Notes: a model not told the origin generated them from the letters alone. A stretch of DNA of 64,000 nucleotides from Candidatus Gottesmanbacteria bacterium (GCA_023245335.1 JAHFKK010000001.1:427282-491281); one strand, 5' to 3'. Numbered from the stretch's first letter, positions 39,484 through 49,008 are shown. Numbers and translations are program-made.

Positions 39484-41124
39484 ATGCAAATATCTCGGCA
39501 TATAGCTATAAAGCAGTACCGTTATCTCGCGTTCGGCGTTGCAGTAACGCTCTGCGTGATTGCAATCGCCGCAGTATTACTTCACCAGCAAGCTGCGGTT
39601 CTTCACGTAGAGGATGAGATAATCCAAAGAATGCCATTTGCCGTGCCGGGTCTACCCACATGCCCCGGCTGCAACGTTATTCTCGTTTCATTGGATACTT
39701 TGCGTGCGGATGAGTTGCCTTGCTACGGATACGCACGGAATACCGCGCCCAATCTATGTGCCTTTGCCGGTCAGAATATACAGTTTAATCGGTTGTATTC
39801 AGAATCCTCAAACACATTAGATGGCCACATGTCCATATTTACCGGATTGTATCCAAGTACGCATCACGTCATTAATGAACTAACGGATGCGTTAAATCCG
39901 AACATCAAGACACTGACAGAAACTCTTGCGGGTCATGGGTATAAAACCATATATGCAGGAACGACGGGTGATCCGAATTTGCCGATCAAGCTCGGGTTAG
40001 GGCGCGGGTTTACAGAAATTCATCCTATGCAATCTCTGCAACCAGGATGGAAGGAGGATTATATGCGACTCCTCCCGGAACTCACGGGTACCAAACCGGC
40101 ATTTATTTTTTTGCACACGTATGCCGTCCACGATCCCTACGTTGCCGGTCACGGCCCCCGTTTGTACGTGCCGGGATCGATTCAGGGATTGCCGATGACG
40201 CTCGACGAGTTTTCCCCGACGAGTATAGAATTTTATCAATTTGTCCTCAGTGACTATCGTATTCGTCTTGCGGCAAGTGATACGTCAGACAGTGTCGCCA
40301 GAAGTCAGGCAATCGTTTCCGGCTTACAGGATGCGATAGCAACAGGAAATATCAAGAGCGGCAAGGCTATATTCGATTCATTTCCGTCGTATGAACAGTA
40401 CAAATATCATGACGGTTGGTATTGGCATTTGATCGACAAGCATAATCCCGGTGATGTTGCGTATATTCGAGGGTTATATGACGAGCGGCTTCATAGTCTT
40501 GATGCCAATCTCAAACCGCTTCTTGAGTTTGTCTCCAGGCCGGAGATCAAACGAAAGACCATCATCATATTTGTCGCAGATCACGGGGAAGAGTTTATGG
40601 AACACCGTCATATGTTGCATACCAATAATATTTACAATACCGTTACCCACGTGCCGTTTATTATGGCGGCCCCCCGCATCCCGTCCGGCCAGATAAACGC
40701 TCTTGTTCAGAATATCGACCTATATCCGACGATATTGGCTTTGACCGGTATTCAGTCGCCGGGCGCTGTCGAAGGGAATAGCATCCTGCCTATTCTGTTG
40801 GGGGATCGGTCACAAAAAGGAGATCCGTACGTCATAAGCGAACATCGCAATGATTTCGTCCGCAGTATACAGGATGGCAGCTGGAAGCTCTATGTCAATA
40901 AGCTCGAAAATGGCACCATCACTCATGAGCTGTATAACCTTGTTGTTGATCCGGCCGAACAGCACAATGTGCTCACAATGCATCCCGACATTCAGAGTCG
41001 GCTGACGAAGGCCCTCAAGACTATATTATCCAGATCACCGGTCTATAAGCCGATAAACAATGAATTTCCCGACTGGATCGATCAAAAAACGCGTGATGAA
41101 CTCTCGACAGAAGGGTATTTTTGA
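39484..41124 (+). CDS. NPP/sulfatase-like alkaline-phosphatase-superfamily hydrolase, paralog C
   Basis: CPGCNVILVSLDTLRAD; SSNTLDGHMSIFTGLYPSTHHV; ADHGEEFMEH; colinear with paralog B. Confidence 0.7.
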   Translation: MQISRHIAIKQYRYLAFGVAVTLCVIAIAAVLLHQQAAVLHVEDEIIQRMPFAVPGLPTCPGCNVILVSLDTLRADELPCYGYARNTAPNLCAFAGQNIQFNRLYSESSNTLDGHMSIFTGLYPSTHHVINELTDALNPNIKTLTETLAGHGYKTIYAGTTGDPNLPIKLGLGRGFTEIHPMQSLQPGWKEDYMRLLPELTGTKPAFIFLHTYAVHDPYVAGHGPRLYVPGSIQGLPMTLDEFSPTSIEFYQFVLSDYRIRLAASDTSDSVARSQAIVSGLQDAIATGNIKSGKAIFDSFPSYEQYKYHDGWYWHLIDKHNPGDVAYIRGLYDERLHSLDANLKPLLEFVSRPEIKRKTIIIFVADHGEEFMEHRHMLHTNNIYNTVTHVPFIMAAPRIPSGQINALVQNIDLYPTILALTGIQSPGAVEGNSILPILLGDRSQKGDPYVISEHRNDFVRSIQDGSWKLYVNKLENGTITHELYNLVVDPAEQHNVLTMHPDIQSRLTKALKTILSRSPVYKPINNEFPDWIDQKTRDELSTEGYF

Positions 41125-41130
41125 CGCCCA

Positions 41131-41159
41131 TTGACCGAGAAACCGGCTTCGGGTATAAT
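41131..41159 (+). promoter_or_regulatory. sigma70-type promoter for infA (TTGACC-17-TATAAT)
   Basis: TTGACC 41131-41136 and TATAAT 41154-41159; a second TTGACG lies at 41121. Confidence 0.5.
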
Positions 41160-41216
41160 AAGCTTCTTATAGATTTCCCTCTCTAACTAAGAGGGAAGTC
41201 TTGTTTGTATCTTGTT

Positions 41217-41435
41217 ATGACGCATCAGGGAAATATAGAAATAGAGGGGGAAGTAACCGAGTGTCTGCCGAATACATTATTTCGTGTAAAGTTAGCGAAT
41301 GGGCATATTGTACTTTGTCATCTTTCGGGCAAAATGAGGCTGAATTTCATCCGCATCATGCCGGGAGACAGGGTGAGGTTGGAAATGACCCCGTATGATC
41401 CGACGAAGGGAAGAATTACGTATAGGATGAAATAA
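41217..41435 (+). CDS. infA: translation initiation factor IF-1
   Basis: [25 protein letters not shown] ... SGKMR; the alternative TTG start at 41205 has better spacing to GAGGGAAG. Confidence 0.9.
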   Translation: MTHQGNIEIEGEVTECLPNTLFRVKLANGHIVLCHLSGKMRLNFIRIMPGDRVRLEMTPYDPTKGRITYRMK

Positions 41436-41439
41436 ACGT

Positions 41440-41553
41440 ATGAAAGTCCGAGCAAGCATCAAGCCAATGTGTAGAAAATGTAAGATCGTCCGCCGCCGGG
41501 GGCGGGTATTTGTCATTTGTGACAACCCGAAGCACAAACAGCGACAAGGATAA
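41440..41553 (+). CDS. rpmJ: 50S ribosomal protein L36
   Basis: Hand-translated [37 protein letters not shown], 37 aa; absent from the ORF track because it is shorter than 60 aa. Confidence 0.9.
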   Translation: MKVRASIKPMCRKCKIVRRRGRVFVICDNPKHKQRQG

Positions 41554-41555
41554 CT

Positions 41556-41972
41556 ATGGTACGTATCTCTGGAGTTGATTTACCAAACGAAAAACGCCTG
41601 GACATCGCGCTTACCTACCTCTATGGGATTGGAAGGGCAAATGTGGTGCGCGTCATAAAGATAGCGGAGTTGGATCCGAGTAGGAGACTGAAGACTCTTA
41701 CCGATGATGAGGTCAGCAAACTTTCCAAAATTATAGAAAAAGATTTTGTCGTGGAAGGAAATTTGCGCCGGAGCGTCGGAGACAATATCAAACGCCTTAT
41801 CGAGATCAAAGCATACCGGGGAATGCGACATGCCCACAGGCTGCCGGCACGCGGACAGCGAACCCGTACGAATGCCCGTACCAAGCGCGGGAAGCGCTTG
41901 ACGGTCGGTGCACTTAAGAAAGAAGATCGAGCAAAGCAGGACACAAAACCGACAGCAGAGGGGGCAGCATAA
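41556..41972 (+). CDS. rpsM: 30S ribosomal protein S13
   Basis: [10 protein letters not shown] ... AYRGMRH. Confidence 0.95.
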   Translation: MVRISGVDLPNEKRLDIALTYLYGIGRANVVRVIKIAELDPSRRLKTLTDDEVSKLSKIIEKDFVVEGNLRRSVGDNIKRLIEIKAYRGMRHAHRLPARGQRTRTNARTKRGKRLTVGALKKEDRAKQDTKPTAEGAA

Positions 41973-42343
41973 TGGCAGCAAAGTCAGCAACACCGGTACC
42001 AGCCAAAGGACGCGTGTATATCACAGCGACGTTCAATAACACCTTAGTGACCATCACCGATGAACACGGTAACGCGTTTTATTGGGGGTCATCCGGCTTG
42101 GTCGGATTCAAGGGTGCCCGTCGGGCTACCCCATATGCCGCGACTACCGCGGTTGAAGCAGTCGCACGCAAAGCACAGGATGCGGGTATGCGGGAAGTGG
42201 AAGTATACATCAAAGGACCGGGCGCGGGACGGGATGCAGCGCTTCGGGCCCTGAAAGCAGTCGGGATGGGTATCACGCTTATTGCCGATGTGACGCCGAT
42301 TCCTCATAACGGAGTGCGACCGAAGAAAAAGAGGAGAGTCTAA
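41972..42343 (+). CDS. rpsK: 30S ribosomal protein S11
   Basis: 123 aa, typical S11. Confidence 0.95.
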   Translation: MAAKSATPVPAKGRVYITATFNNTLVTITDEHGNAFYWGSSGLVGFKGARRATPYAATTAVEAVARKAQDAGMREVEVYIKGPGAGRDAALRALKAVGMGITLIADVTPIPHNGVRPKKKRRV

Positions 42344-42344
42344 T

Positions 42345-42968
42345 ATGGGACGATATACAGGACCAACCAACAGATTATCACGCAAGGAAGGTATTGACCT
42401 CGGGTTCAAAACCGTAGGGTCCCACGCACATGCGTCGCTTCTTCGAAGACTCAATGTTCCTCCGGGTCAGCACGGTCCCAAAGGCAGCAAACGAAAAGTA
42501 TCCAGCTACGGACAACAGCTTCGGGAAAAACAGAAAGTGAAGCGTATGTACGGACTACTCGAACGGCAATTCCGCCGCTATTATGCTATGGCGCGGAAAT
42601 GGCGGGGAAATACCGGGGATATGCTGGTGCAGTTTCTCGAGCGCAGACTTGATAATACGATTTACCGTATGGGCCTCGCCCCGACGCGCACATCCGCACG
42701 TCAGTTTGTTTCCCATGGGCATATCATGGTGAACGGTGCACGGGTCAACATTCCCTCGTATCTCGTTGATGTTGATCAGGTAATCGCTTTGAAGCCAAAA
42801 GGCGCGAATATTCCTGCGGTCAAGAAATTACTGGAAGATAAAACATTTGCGCCGCCGGAGTGGCTCGCGCGTCAGGGTCCGGCAGGCAAAATCGTGCGTT
42901 TACCGGAGCGCGCAGACGTAAAAGAAGATATCAATACACAGTATATTGTGGAATATTATTCTCGTTAA
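42345..42968 (+). CDS. rpsD: 30S ribosomal protein S4
   Basis: MGRYTGP ... S4 domain. Confidence 0.95.
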   Translation: MGRYTGPTNRLSRKEGIDLGFKTVGSHAHASLLRRLNVPPGQHGPKGSKRKVSSYGQQLREKQKVKRMYGLLERQFRRYYAMARKWRGNTGDMLVQFLERRLDNTIYRMGLAPTRTSARQFVSHGHIMVNGARVNIPSYLVDVDQVIALKPKGANIPAVKKLLEDKTFAPPEWLARQGPAGKIVRLPERADVKEDINTQYIVEYYSR

Positions 42969-43035
42969 GGAGGTAGAGTTTCGGAGAGGTACTTATCCAA
43001 AGTAAGTACACTACCGTAAGCTCTAACACTAAGGT

Positions 43036-43956
43036 ATGATGGAACCAAATTTTACAATCAAAACGGAAGTTGAGAAGCCGAATTACGGTATGTTTGTCAT
43101 CGAGCCTCTTGAACAAGGGTATGGTCACACCCTGGGAAACAGCTTGCGCCGCGTGCTTTTGTCCTCTCTTTCCGGCGCCGCGTTGACGTCAGTGAAAATT
43201 AACGGCGTGAGCCACCAGTTTTCTACCCTTGAAGGGTTGAAAGAAGATGTCGTAGAACTTATTTTGAATCTCAAAAAAGTCCGTCTTTCGATGGCTGATG
43301 GAGAAAGTGCTGTCATTAAGCTCTCGAAAAAAGGACCGGGAACGGTTACCGCCAATGATTTTGATCTTCCGGCGGGAATTGAGATCGTCAATCCGAATTT
43401 GGTTATCGCAACGCTTTCAGACAAGAAAGCATCGCTCGAGTTGGAAGCAACGGTCGCCAAAGGGTATGGCTATGTTCAGGCTGATGAGCAGAAGGTCGAT
43501 GAAGTCGGCCGTATCTCAATGGATTCGTTATTCAGCCCGGTTGTCCGCGTGAATTACCGAGTGGATGCCACCCGCGTCGGCCGGATGACAAACTTGGATA
43601 AGCTGGTCATGGAAATCTGGACAGACGAAACAGTGAGTCCTTTGGAAGCGCTGCGGTCAGCGGCAAAAGTGTTGGTTTCGTTCTTCCTGCAGGTCTATGA
43701 ACCGAAGACAAAAGCCATGGAGGAAAATGTTGCCGTGACACCGACGATTTCCGACGAGGTGTTGAAAATGCGTATCGAGGAGCTCGATATCCCGACCCGT
43801 ATCGTCAATGCTCTTGCACGCGGCAATATCGAAACCATCGGACAACTTTTGGGTACACCGAAAGCGGAACTGATGAAGATCAAAAATCTCGGCGCCAAGT
43901 CCCTTTCTATCGTAGAAGAGAAACTTCGCGAAAAGGGAGTAGCGCTCACGGTTTAA
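43036..43956 (+). CDS. rpoA: DNA-directed RNA polymerase subunit alpha
   Basis: NTD plus CTD (ELDIPTRIVNALARGNIETIGQL). Confidence 0.95.
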   Translation: MMEPNFTIKTEVEKPNYGMFVIEPLEQGYGHTLGNSLRRVLLSSLSGAALTSVKINGVSHQFSTLEGLKEDVVELILNLKKVRLSMADGESAVIKLSKKGPGTVTANDFDLPAGIEIVNPNLVIATLSDKKASLELEATVAKGYGYVQADEQKVDEVGRISMDSLFSPVVRVNYRVDATRVGRMTNLDKLVMEIWTDETVSPLEALRSAAKVLVSFFLQVYEPKTKAMEENVAVTPTISDEVLKMRIEELDIPTRIVNALARGNIETIGQLLGTPKAELMKIKNLGAKSLSIVEEKLREKGVALTV

Positions 43957-43965
43957 GCATACTTT

Positions 43966-44454
43966 ATGAATCACGGTTATTTCGGTCGTAAGTTAGGTCG
44001 AGACGTTGGGCAGAGACGACGGTTGTTCATGCAGCTTTCGCGGTCCCTCATAACGTACGGTCGCATCAAAACAACTCTCGCCAAAGCCAAGGCTATCCAG
44101 CCGATGGTCGACAAACTTATTACTAAGGCAAAATCTGAATCGAATGCGGCGCTTTCTGAACTGCGGAAAACGCTGGCTCTCGAATCCAGCGTTGCGTCAC
44201 TCCGTGAGATGGCCAAAAGCAGATTTCATACCCGTTCAAGCGGATACACGAGGATTATTCGCCTCGGTAAACGCCATGGGGACGCAGCGGAAGAAGTATT
44301 ACTCGAATTTGTCGATGCTGCGCCGGTCAAGACGGAGGTCGTGAAGGCAAAGGCAGTCAAAGAGCCATCTTCCAAAGTACAGGAAGCAGAAGTTGTCGAA
44401 GAAAAGAAACCGGTTCAGGCCCCAAAGAAACCGGCAGTATCATCCAAAAAATAA
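43966..44454 (+). CDS. rplQ: 50S ribosomal protein L17 (with Lys/Glu-rich C-terminal extension)
   Basis: 162 aa with L17 core. Confidence 0.9.
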   Translation: MNHGYFGRKLGRDVGQRRRLFMQLSRSLITYGRIKTTLAKAKAIQPMVDKLITKAKSESNAALSELRKTLALESSVASLREMAKSRFHTRSSGYTRIIRLGKRHGDAAEEVLLEFVDAAPVKTEVVKAKAVKEPSSKVQEAEVVEEKKPVQAPKKPAVSSKK

Positions 44455-44457
44455 CCT

Positions 44458-44877
44458 ATGCAAAAACAAACCAAGTCAACAAAAATCGGCGATGTCAAAC
44501 ACGGGTGGCATCTCGTCGACGTAAAAGATAAAATACTCGGACGGGTCGCGGTAGAGATCGCAGGGAAGCTCATCGGCAAGTCCAAGCCGTATTTTGTCCG
44601 TAACCTCGACTGTGGGGATTACGTCGTCGTCATAAATGCGAAGCATGTCAAAGTGACCGGTCGCAAAGAAAAAGAAAAGGTGTATACTCGGTATTCCGGA
44701 TATCCGGGAGGGTTACACAAAAAAATGTTGTGGGAATTACGAGCCGACAAACCTGATGAGATCATCCGTCGGGCAGTGATGGGAATGTTGCCGAAAAATC
44801 ATCTGCGTTCGATCCTTATATCCCGGCTCCATGTCCGACCGGAGGGAACGCACGAATTTGCGGATAAATTTAAGTAA
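44458..44877 (+). CDS. rplM: 50S ribosomal protein L13
   Basis: 139 aa, typical L13. Confidence 0.93.
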   Translation: MQKQTKSTKIGDVKHGWHLVDVKDKILGRVAVEIAGKLIGKSKPYFVRNLDCGDYVVVINAKHVKVTGRKEKEKVYTRYSGYPGGLHKKMLWELRADKPDEIIRRAVMGMLPKNHLRSILISRLHVRPEGTHEFADKFK

Positions 44878-44882
44878 AGCAT

Positions 44883-45434
44883 ATGGCAGAAGATACCAAA
44901 ACACCGGTAGAAAAAACAGAAAAAGTGGTAACGGCCAAGAAAGCTGAAAAAGCCGAAGTGGTCGAGAAGACGGAAAAAGCGGAAAAGACGACAAAAGAAG
45001 CGGTGTCATATTATGAAGCGGTCGGACGCAGGAAAAATGCATCCGCACGCATACGTCTCCACGTCGTGAAAGAAGAATCAGTCACTGTGAGCGGCGTCAC
45101 CGTAGAAAAAGGCGGCATGATCGTGAACGGGCGGCCGGTAGAGAATTATTTCCCCGGTGAAGTTGCCAAAAAGATGTATCAGGAACCATTCCGTACCACC
45201 AATACGATCGGGCGGTTTGCCGTAACCGTCGTAGTCAATGGCGGAGGACCCTCCGGACAATTGGGCGCGACTATTCATGGTCTCTCACGGGCACTTGTGA
45301 AAGTAGACAAGGAAAAATTCAGGCCGATATTGAAAAAGCGCGGTCTCATGACGCGGGATTCCCGGAAGAAACAACGCATCAAAGCAGGATTTGCCCACAA
45401 ATCACGCGCGCGGAAACAATCTCCGAAACGATAA
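44883..45434 (+). CDS. rpsI: 30S ribosomal protein S9 (with Lys/Glu-rich N-terminal extension)
   Basis: C-terminal KAGFAHKSRARKQSPKR. Confidence 0.93.
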   Translation: MAEDTKTPVEKTEKVVTAKKAEKAEVVEKTEKAEKTTKEAVSYYEAVGRRKNASARIRLHVVKEESVTVSGVTVEKGGMIVNGRPVENYFPGEVAKKMYQEPFRTTNTIGRFAVTVVVNGGGPSGQLGATIHGLSRALVKVDKEKFRPILKKRGLMTRDSRKKQRIKAGFAHKSRARKQSPKR

Positions 45435-45437
45435 CGT

Positions 45438-46025
45438 TTATTTTCCTCCCGATCGCTGTATAAAATCCTTGAGAAGCTGTTGTTGCGATTGTTTGGAAAG
45501 CAGCTTCATCCCGCTTCGTTGTTTAGTGATCTCCCACAACGTGATTGCCGTTGCGACCGATACGTTGAGGCTCTGTACAAATCCCATCATGGGGATCAGG
45601 ATTATTCTGTCAGCAAAGGTCAGCGCACCCTCCGACAGTCCGCGGTGCTCATTGCCAACCAGTACGGCGATTTTCTTTTCGGGAAATGTCGCCGTCATCA
45701 ATGATTCTGACCGGTTTGTTAGTGCCGTGGCGATAGTCGTATACCCGTCATCCTTTAGTTCCCGGAGGCAGGCTTTCGTTGATGTGAATGTTTTGAAGTT
45801 CAGCCATTTGTTGGCCGAGGAACTCGATGACTTGCCGATTTTTGCGGGGTTATACGTTTCTTCTTTTTCAAAAATGAAGTAGACATTCTGAATGCCCAAG
45901 GCGTCACACGTCCGAAGGATTGCTCCTGCATTATGCGGATCGTGGATATCCTCAAGTACTACGATAAATCCAGATTGCCTTTGAGATACAACTGAAGTGA
46001 TTTTTCGTTTGCGCGCATCGTTCAT
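45438..46025 (-). CDS. SpoU/TrmH-family RNA 2'-O-methyltransferase
   Basis: SpoU motifs (LVGNEHRGLS, IPMMGFVQSLNVSVATAI); start trimmed to M27 (46025) because the ORF-track N-terminus overlaps the tRNA. Confidence 0.8.
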   Translation of the reverse strand: MNDARKRKITSVVSQRQSGFIVVLEDIHDPHNAGAILRTCDALGIQNVYFIFEKEETYNPAKIGKSSSSSANKWLNFKTFTSTKACLRELKDDGYTTIATALTNRSESLMTATFPEKKIAVLVGNEHRGLSEGALTFADRIILIPMMGFVQSLNVSVATAITLWEITKQRSGMKLLSKQSQQQLLKDFIQRSGGK

Positions 46026-46035
46026 GAAACGCTTG

Positions 46036-46109
46036 TCGGGGTGGGCAGACTTGAACTGCCAACCGCTCGCACCCCATGCGAGTGCGCTAGCCAATTGCGC
46101 CACACCCCG
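46036..46109 (-). tRNA. tRNA-Pro (anticodon GGG)
   Basis: Hand-folded cloverleaf: 7 bp acceptor with C1-G72, U8, 4 bp D-stem, anticodon loop AUGGGGU, TTCAAGT T-loop, A73 discriminator; CCA not encoded. Confidence 0.8.
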
Positions 46110-46110
46110 G

Positions 46111-46362
46111 TTAAAAATTCTCTAAAATTATTTTTTTAAACTTTTTCCCTACGCCAGTTTTTAAATATTTTTCTCTTCTTAGTGCATCTTCCTTACAGAC
46201 AAAAGATTCATAGTACTTCAGCTCAAATGGACCATTTGCCGATGTCCACTGATTTGACCCCGTATTATGTTCTCTTAACCGTTCTGACGGATGTTTTCCA
46301 GTACTTCCCACATATGATTTTCCATTGCTAATACTAACCAAAACGTATACATACCACAACAT
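46111..46362 (-). CDS. small GIY-YIG nuclease-domain protein
   Basis: YVYVLVS ... GKSYVGSTGKHPSERLREHN; stop codon 1-2 nt upstream of the tRNA-Pro 5' end; start set at M18 because further upstream overlaps the repeat and hairpin. Confidence 0.6.
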   Translation of the reverse strand: MLWYVYVLVSISNGKSYVGSTGKHPSERLREHNTGSNQWTSANGPFELKYYESFVCKEDALRREKYLKTGVGKKFKKIILENF

Positions 46363-46405
46363 ACAAATCCAATTGTCGTCCAGAGGACGATCAGCCTCTG
46401 GCTGA

Positions 46406-46417
46406 CGCCACACCCCG
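46406..46417. repeat. 12 bp direct repeat of the tRNA-Pro 5' end (CGCCACACCCCG on the + strand)
   Basis: identical to 46098-46109; the two copies bracket the GIY-YIG gene; a 7 bp-stem hairpin CCAGAGG-acgatcag-CCTCTGG lies at 46381-46402. Confidence 0.5.
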
Positions 46418-46471
46418 AGTCCTTGTATTCTACCATTTTTTGTGTAAGAATGAGACTCATCTTACGCACGT

Positions 46472-47245
46472 ATGGCTATTTCTCCTCTACTTGTCATTAT
46501 CGGGATACCGCTTTTTATATTCATTGTTTTTTCTCTCCGCATCCTGCAGGAATATGAGCGGGGAGTCATTTTTTTCCTCGGAAGATTAACGGGCGTCCGG
46601 GGACCCGGTATCATTTTGTTGTTTCCGTTTCTGGAAACGATGACGAAAGTGGGACTCCGGACCGTGACGATGGACATCCCGTCGCAAAAAATTATTACCA
46701 AGGATAACGTTTCCATCGATATCGCAGCAGTTGCGTATTATCACATCAGTGATCCTTCCAAGTCAGTCGTTGCGGTAGAAAACGTCGAGTACGCCGTCAA
46801 CCAAATCAGTCAGACGACTGTACGAAACGTCGTCGGGCAGTTTATGCTGGATCAGCTGCTTTCCAAAACGAAAGATATCAATGCGCAGATCGGGACGATT
46901 ATCGATCAGCATACCGAACCATGGGGGGTACAGGTGACTGCAGTCGAAATTAAAGACATCACCCTACCGGACAACATGCAGCGGGCTATGGCCAAAGAAG
47001 CCGAAGCGGAACGTGAACGCCGCGCCAAGATTGTGGCAGCCGAAGGAGAATTTCAGGCGGCACAAAAGTTAGGAGAGGCCGCTGATCTCATCACCCAGCA
47101 CCCGGTAGCCCTGCAGCTGCGGACGCTTCAGACGATGGCGGAAATAAGCACAGAGAAGAACTCAACGATTATTTTTCCCGCTCAGTTCATGACCACAGTT
47201 ACGGAAGCGCTGAAGACGTTGAAAGCGGATTCGTCAGCTAAATAA
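46472..47245 (+). CDS. SPFH/band-7 (stomatin-like) family protein
   Basis: N-terminal TM, SPFH core, Ala/Glu-rich coiled coil. Confidence 0.8.
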   Translation: MAISPLLVIIGIPLFIFIVFSLRILQEYERGVIFFLGRLTGVRGPGIILLFPFLETMTKVGLRTVTMDIPSQKIITKDNVSIDIAAVAYYHISDPSKSVVAVENVEYAVNQISQTTVRNVVGQFMLDQLLSKTKDINAQIGTIIDQHTEPWGVQVTAVEIKDITLPDNMQRAMAKEAEAERERRAKIVAAEGEFQAAQKLGEAADLITQHPVALQLRTLQTMAEISTEKNSTIIFPAQFMTTVTEALKTLKADSSAK

Positions 47246-47274
47246 CACACTTGCCCAAGTGAAAGGAGCATCCT

Positions 47275-48312
47275 ATGTCAGTTGATGCAAAAGTTCAAGC
47301 GATACGGCTTGCTATGGACCAGATCGAGAAACAATACGGAAAAGGCTCGATCATGAAGCTCGGTGAGAAAGCGAATATCCGGGATGCGATCGACGTCATT
47401 TCGACCGGAATACTTCCTCTCGATATGGCGCTCGGCGTCGGAGGAGTTCCGCGCGGCAGGATACTCGAAATTTACGGCCCGGAAGCGTCAGGAAAGACGA
47501 CTGTGTGCCTTTCGATCATCGCAGAAGCACAGAAGGCGTCAGGGGTCGCGGCATTTATCGACGCGGAACACGCGCTTGACCCGCAGTGGGCCGAAGTGCT
47601 CGGGGTCCAGCTTGACGATCTTCTCATTTCCCAACCGGACACCGGCGAACAGGCGCTTGAAATTGCGGAAACGCTTATCCGAAGCGGTGGCATAGATGTC
47701 ATAGTCATAGACTCGGTCGCGGCGTTAGTGCCGAGGGCAGAGATAGAAGGGGAAATGGGAGATAGTATGGTTGGCGTGCAGGCCCGGCTTATGTCGCAGG
47801 CGCTTCGCAAACTTACCGCAGTCATTTCCAAATCAAAAACGGTCGTCATATTTACCAATCAATTGCGCCAAAAGATCGGCGTCATGTTTGGGAATCCGGA
47901 GACGACACCGGGAGGACTGGCGCTCAAGTTTTACGCGAGCGTCCGCATGGATTCACGCAAGATCGAGACACTGAAAGACGGCGACAAAGTGATCGGAAGC
48001 CGCCATCGTGTACGTATCGTCAAAAACAAAGTCTCCCCGCCGTTCCGGCTTGCGGAGTTTGACGTGATGCATGACGGCATATCCAAAGAAGGGTCGCTTA
48101 TCGATGTCGGGGTAGAGCTCGGTGTCGTCAATAAATCCGGCGCGTTTCTCAAATACGGGTCACAGATGCTCGGCCAGGGGAAGGAAGCGGCCAAGCAGTA
48201 CCTCAGAGAGAATACAAAAGTCGCCCGGGAGATCGGTGAAGCGATTTGGAAGATAGTCAAATCCGGCCACGCGCAGCCGAAAGTCGCACCAGCTGAACCG
48301 AGTGAGGAGTAA
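47275..48312 (+). CDS. recA: recombinase RecA
   Basis: GPEASGKTT Walker A; canonical RecA throughout. Confidence 0.97.
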   Translation: MSVDAKVQAIRLAMDQIEKQYGKGSIMKLGEKANIRDAIDVISTGILPLDMALGVGGVPRGRILEIYGPEASGKTTVCLSIIAEAQKASGVAAFIDAEHALDPQWAEVLGVQLDDLLISQPDTGEQALEIAETLIRSGGIDVIVIDSVAALVPRAEIEGEMGDSMVGVQARLMSQALRKLTAVISKSKTVVIFTNQLRQKIGVMFGNPETTPGGLALKFYASVRMDSRKIETLKDGDKVIGSRHRVRIVKNKVSPPFRLAEFDVMHDGISKEGSLIDVGVELGVVNKSGAFLKYGSQMLGQGKEAAKQYLRENTKVAREIGEAIWKIVKSGHAQPKVAPAEPSEE

Positions 48313-48330
48313 GACACTTCCTGCCACACC

Positions 48331-48819
48331 ATGGACGAGACGGAGTACGAGAAACTATTAGGAGCCGCCATCCGGTTCGTGTCATTCCGCCCGAGAAGCG
48401 AGAAAGAACTTCGGGATTTTTGTCGGAAAACACTCAAGCGCCACCATACGACGGCGCCCATCGTCATCGAGAAAGTACTTACGAGACTTACGGAGTATGG
48501 ATACGTCGATGACGTGAAGTTCGTCGAGTGGTGGGCGGGACAGCGTGCCTCGTTTAAACCCAAAGGCAGGCGGGCGGTGACTGTCGAACTTCGCGCGAAA
48601 GGAATTCCGAAAGAGGCGATTGAGGCGTATTTCTTATCTTCGAATGACGCTCCGGACGACCTCGCGCTCGCCCGGAAAGCAGTAGGACGCAAGCTCGTAT
48701 TGTGGGAGGCATTGCCGCTTCAGGCGAAGAAAAAGAAGCTCTATGATTTTTTGTACCGGCGCGGATTTGATGCCGACGTCGTCGGCCGCGTCGTTGACGA
48801 TGCCTTCGGAAAAGAGTAA
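48331..48819 (+). CDS. recX: RecA regulator RecX
   Basis: 162 aa helical repeat protein immediately after recA. Confidence 0.75.
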   Translation: MDETEYEKLLGAAIRFVSFRPRSEKELRDFCRKTLKRHHTTAPIVIEKVLTRLTEYGYVDDVKFVEWWAGQRASFKPKGRRAVTVELRAKGIPKEAIEAYFLSSNDAPDDLALARKAVGRKLVLWEALPLQAKKKKLYDFLYRRGFDADVVGRVVDDAFGKE

Positions 48820-48938
48820 AATACCTTTATAGTCAGGAAATATTGTCCTGACCCATGCGAATTATCTCAAAGGTTCAGCAAAAAAAGCATCTGTAGGATT
48901 ATGACGATTCTTTCTCACAATTTTTCTCCTACATACTC

Positions 48939-48965
48939 GGCCGCCTAAATTTAGCGGCTCTTTTT
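48939..48965 (+). terminator. putative intrinsic terminator after recA-recX
   Basis: GCCGC-9 nt loop-GCGGC stem followed by TCTTTTT. Confidence 0.35.
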
Positions 48966-49008
48966 GCTGGCTTCAGCGACAGTTCGTTCCTAAGAAAGGA
49001 TTTAACCT

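Noticed and set aside
45438-46103. Full-length 221 aa SpoU ORF as given in the ORF track
   Set aside because: Its first 26 codons read through the tRNA-Pro gene; the methyltransferase more plausibly starts at the internal Met (46025).
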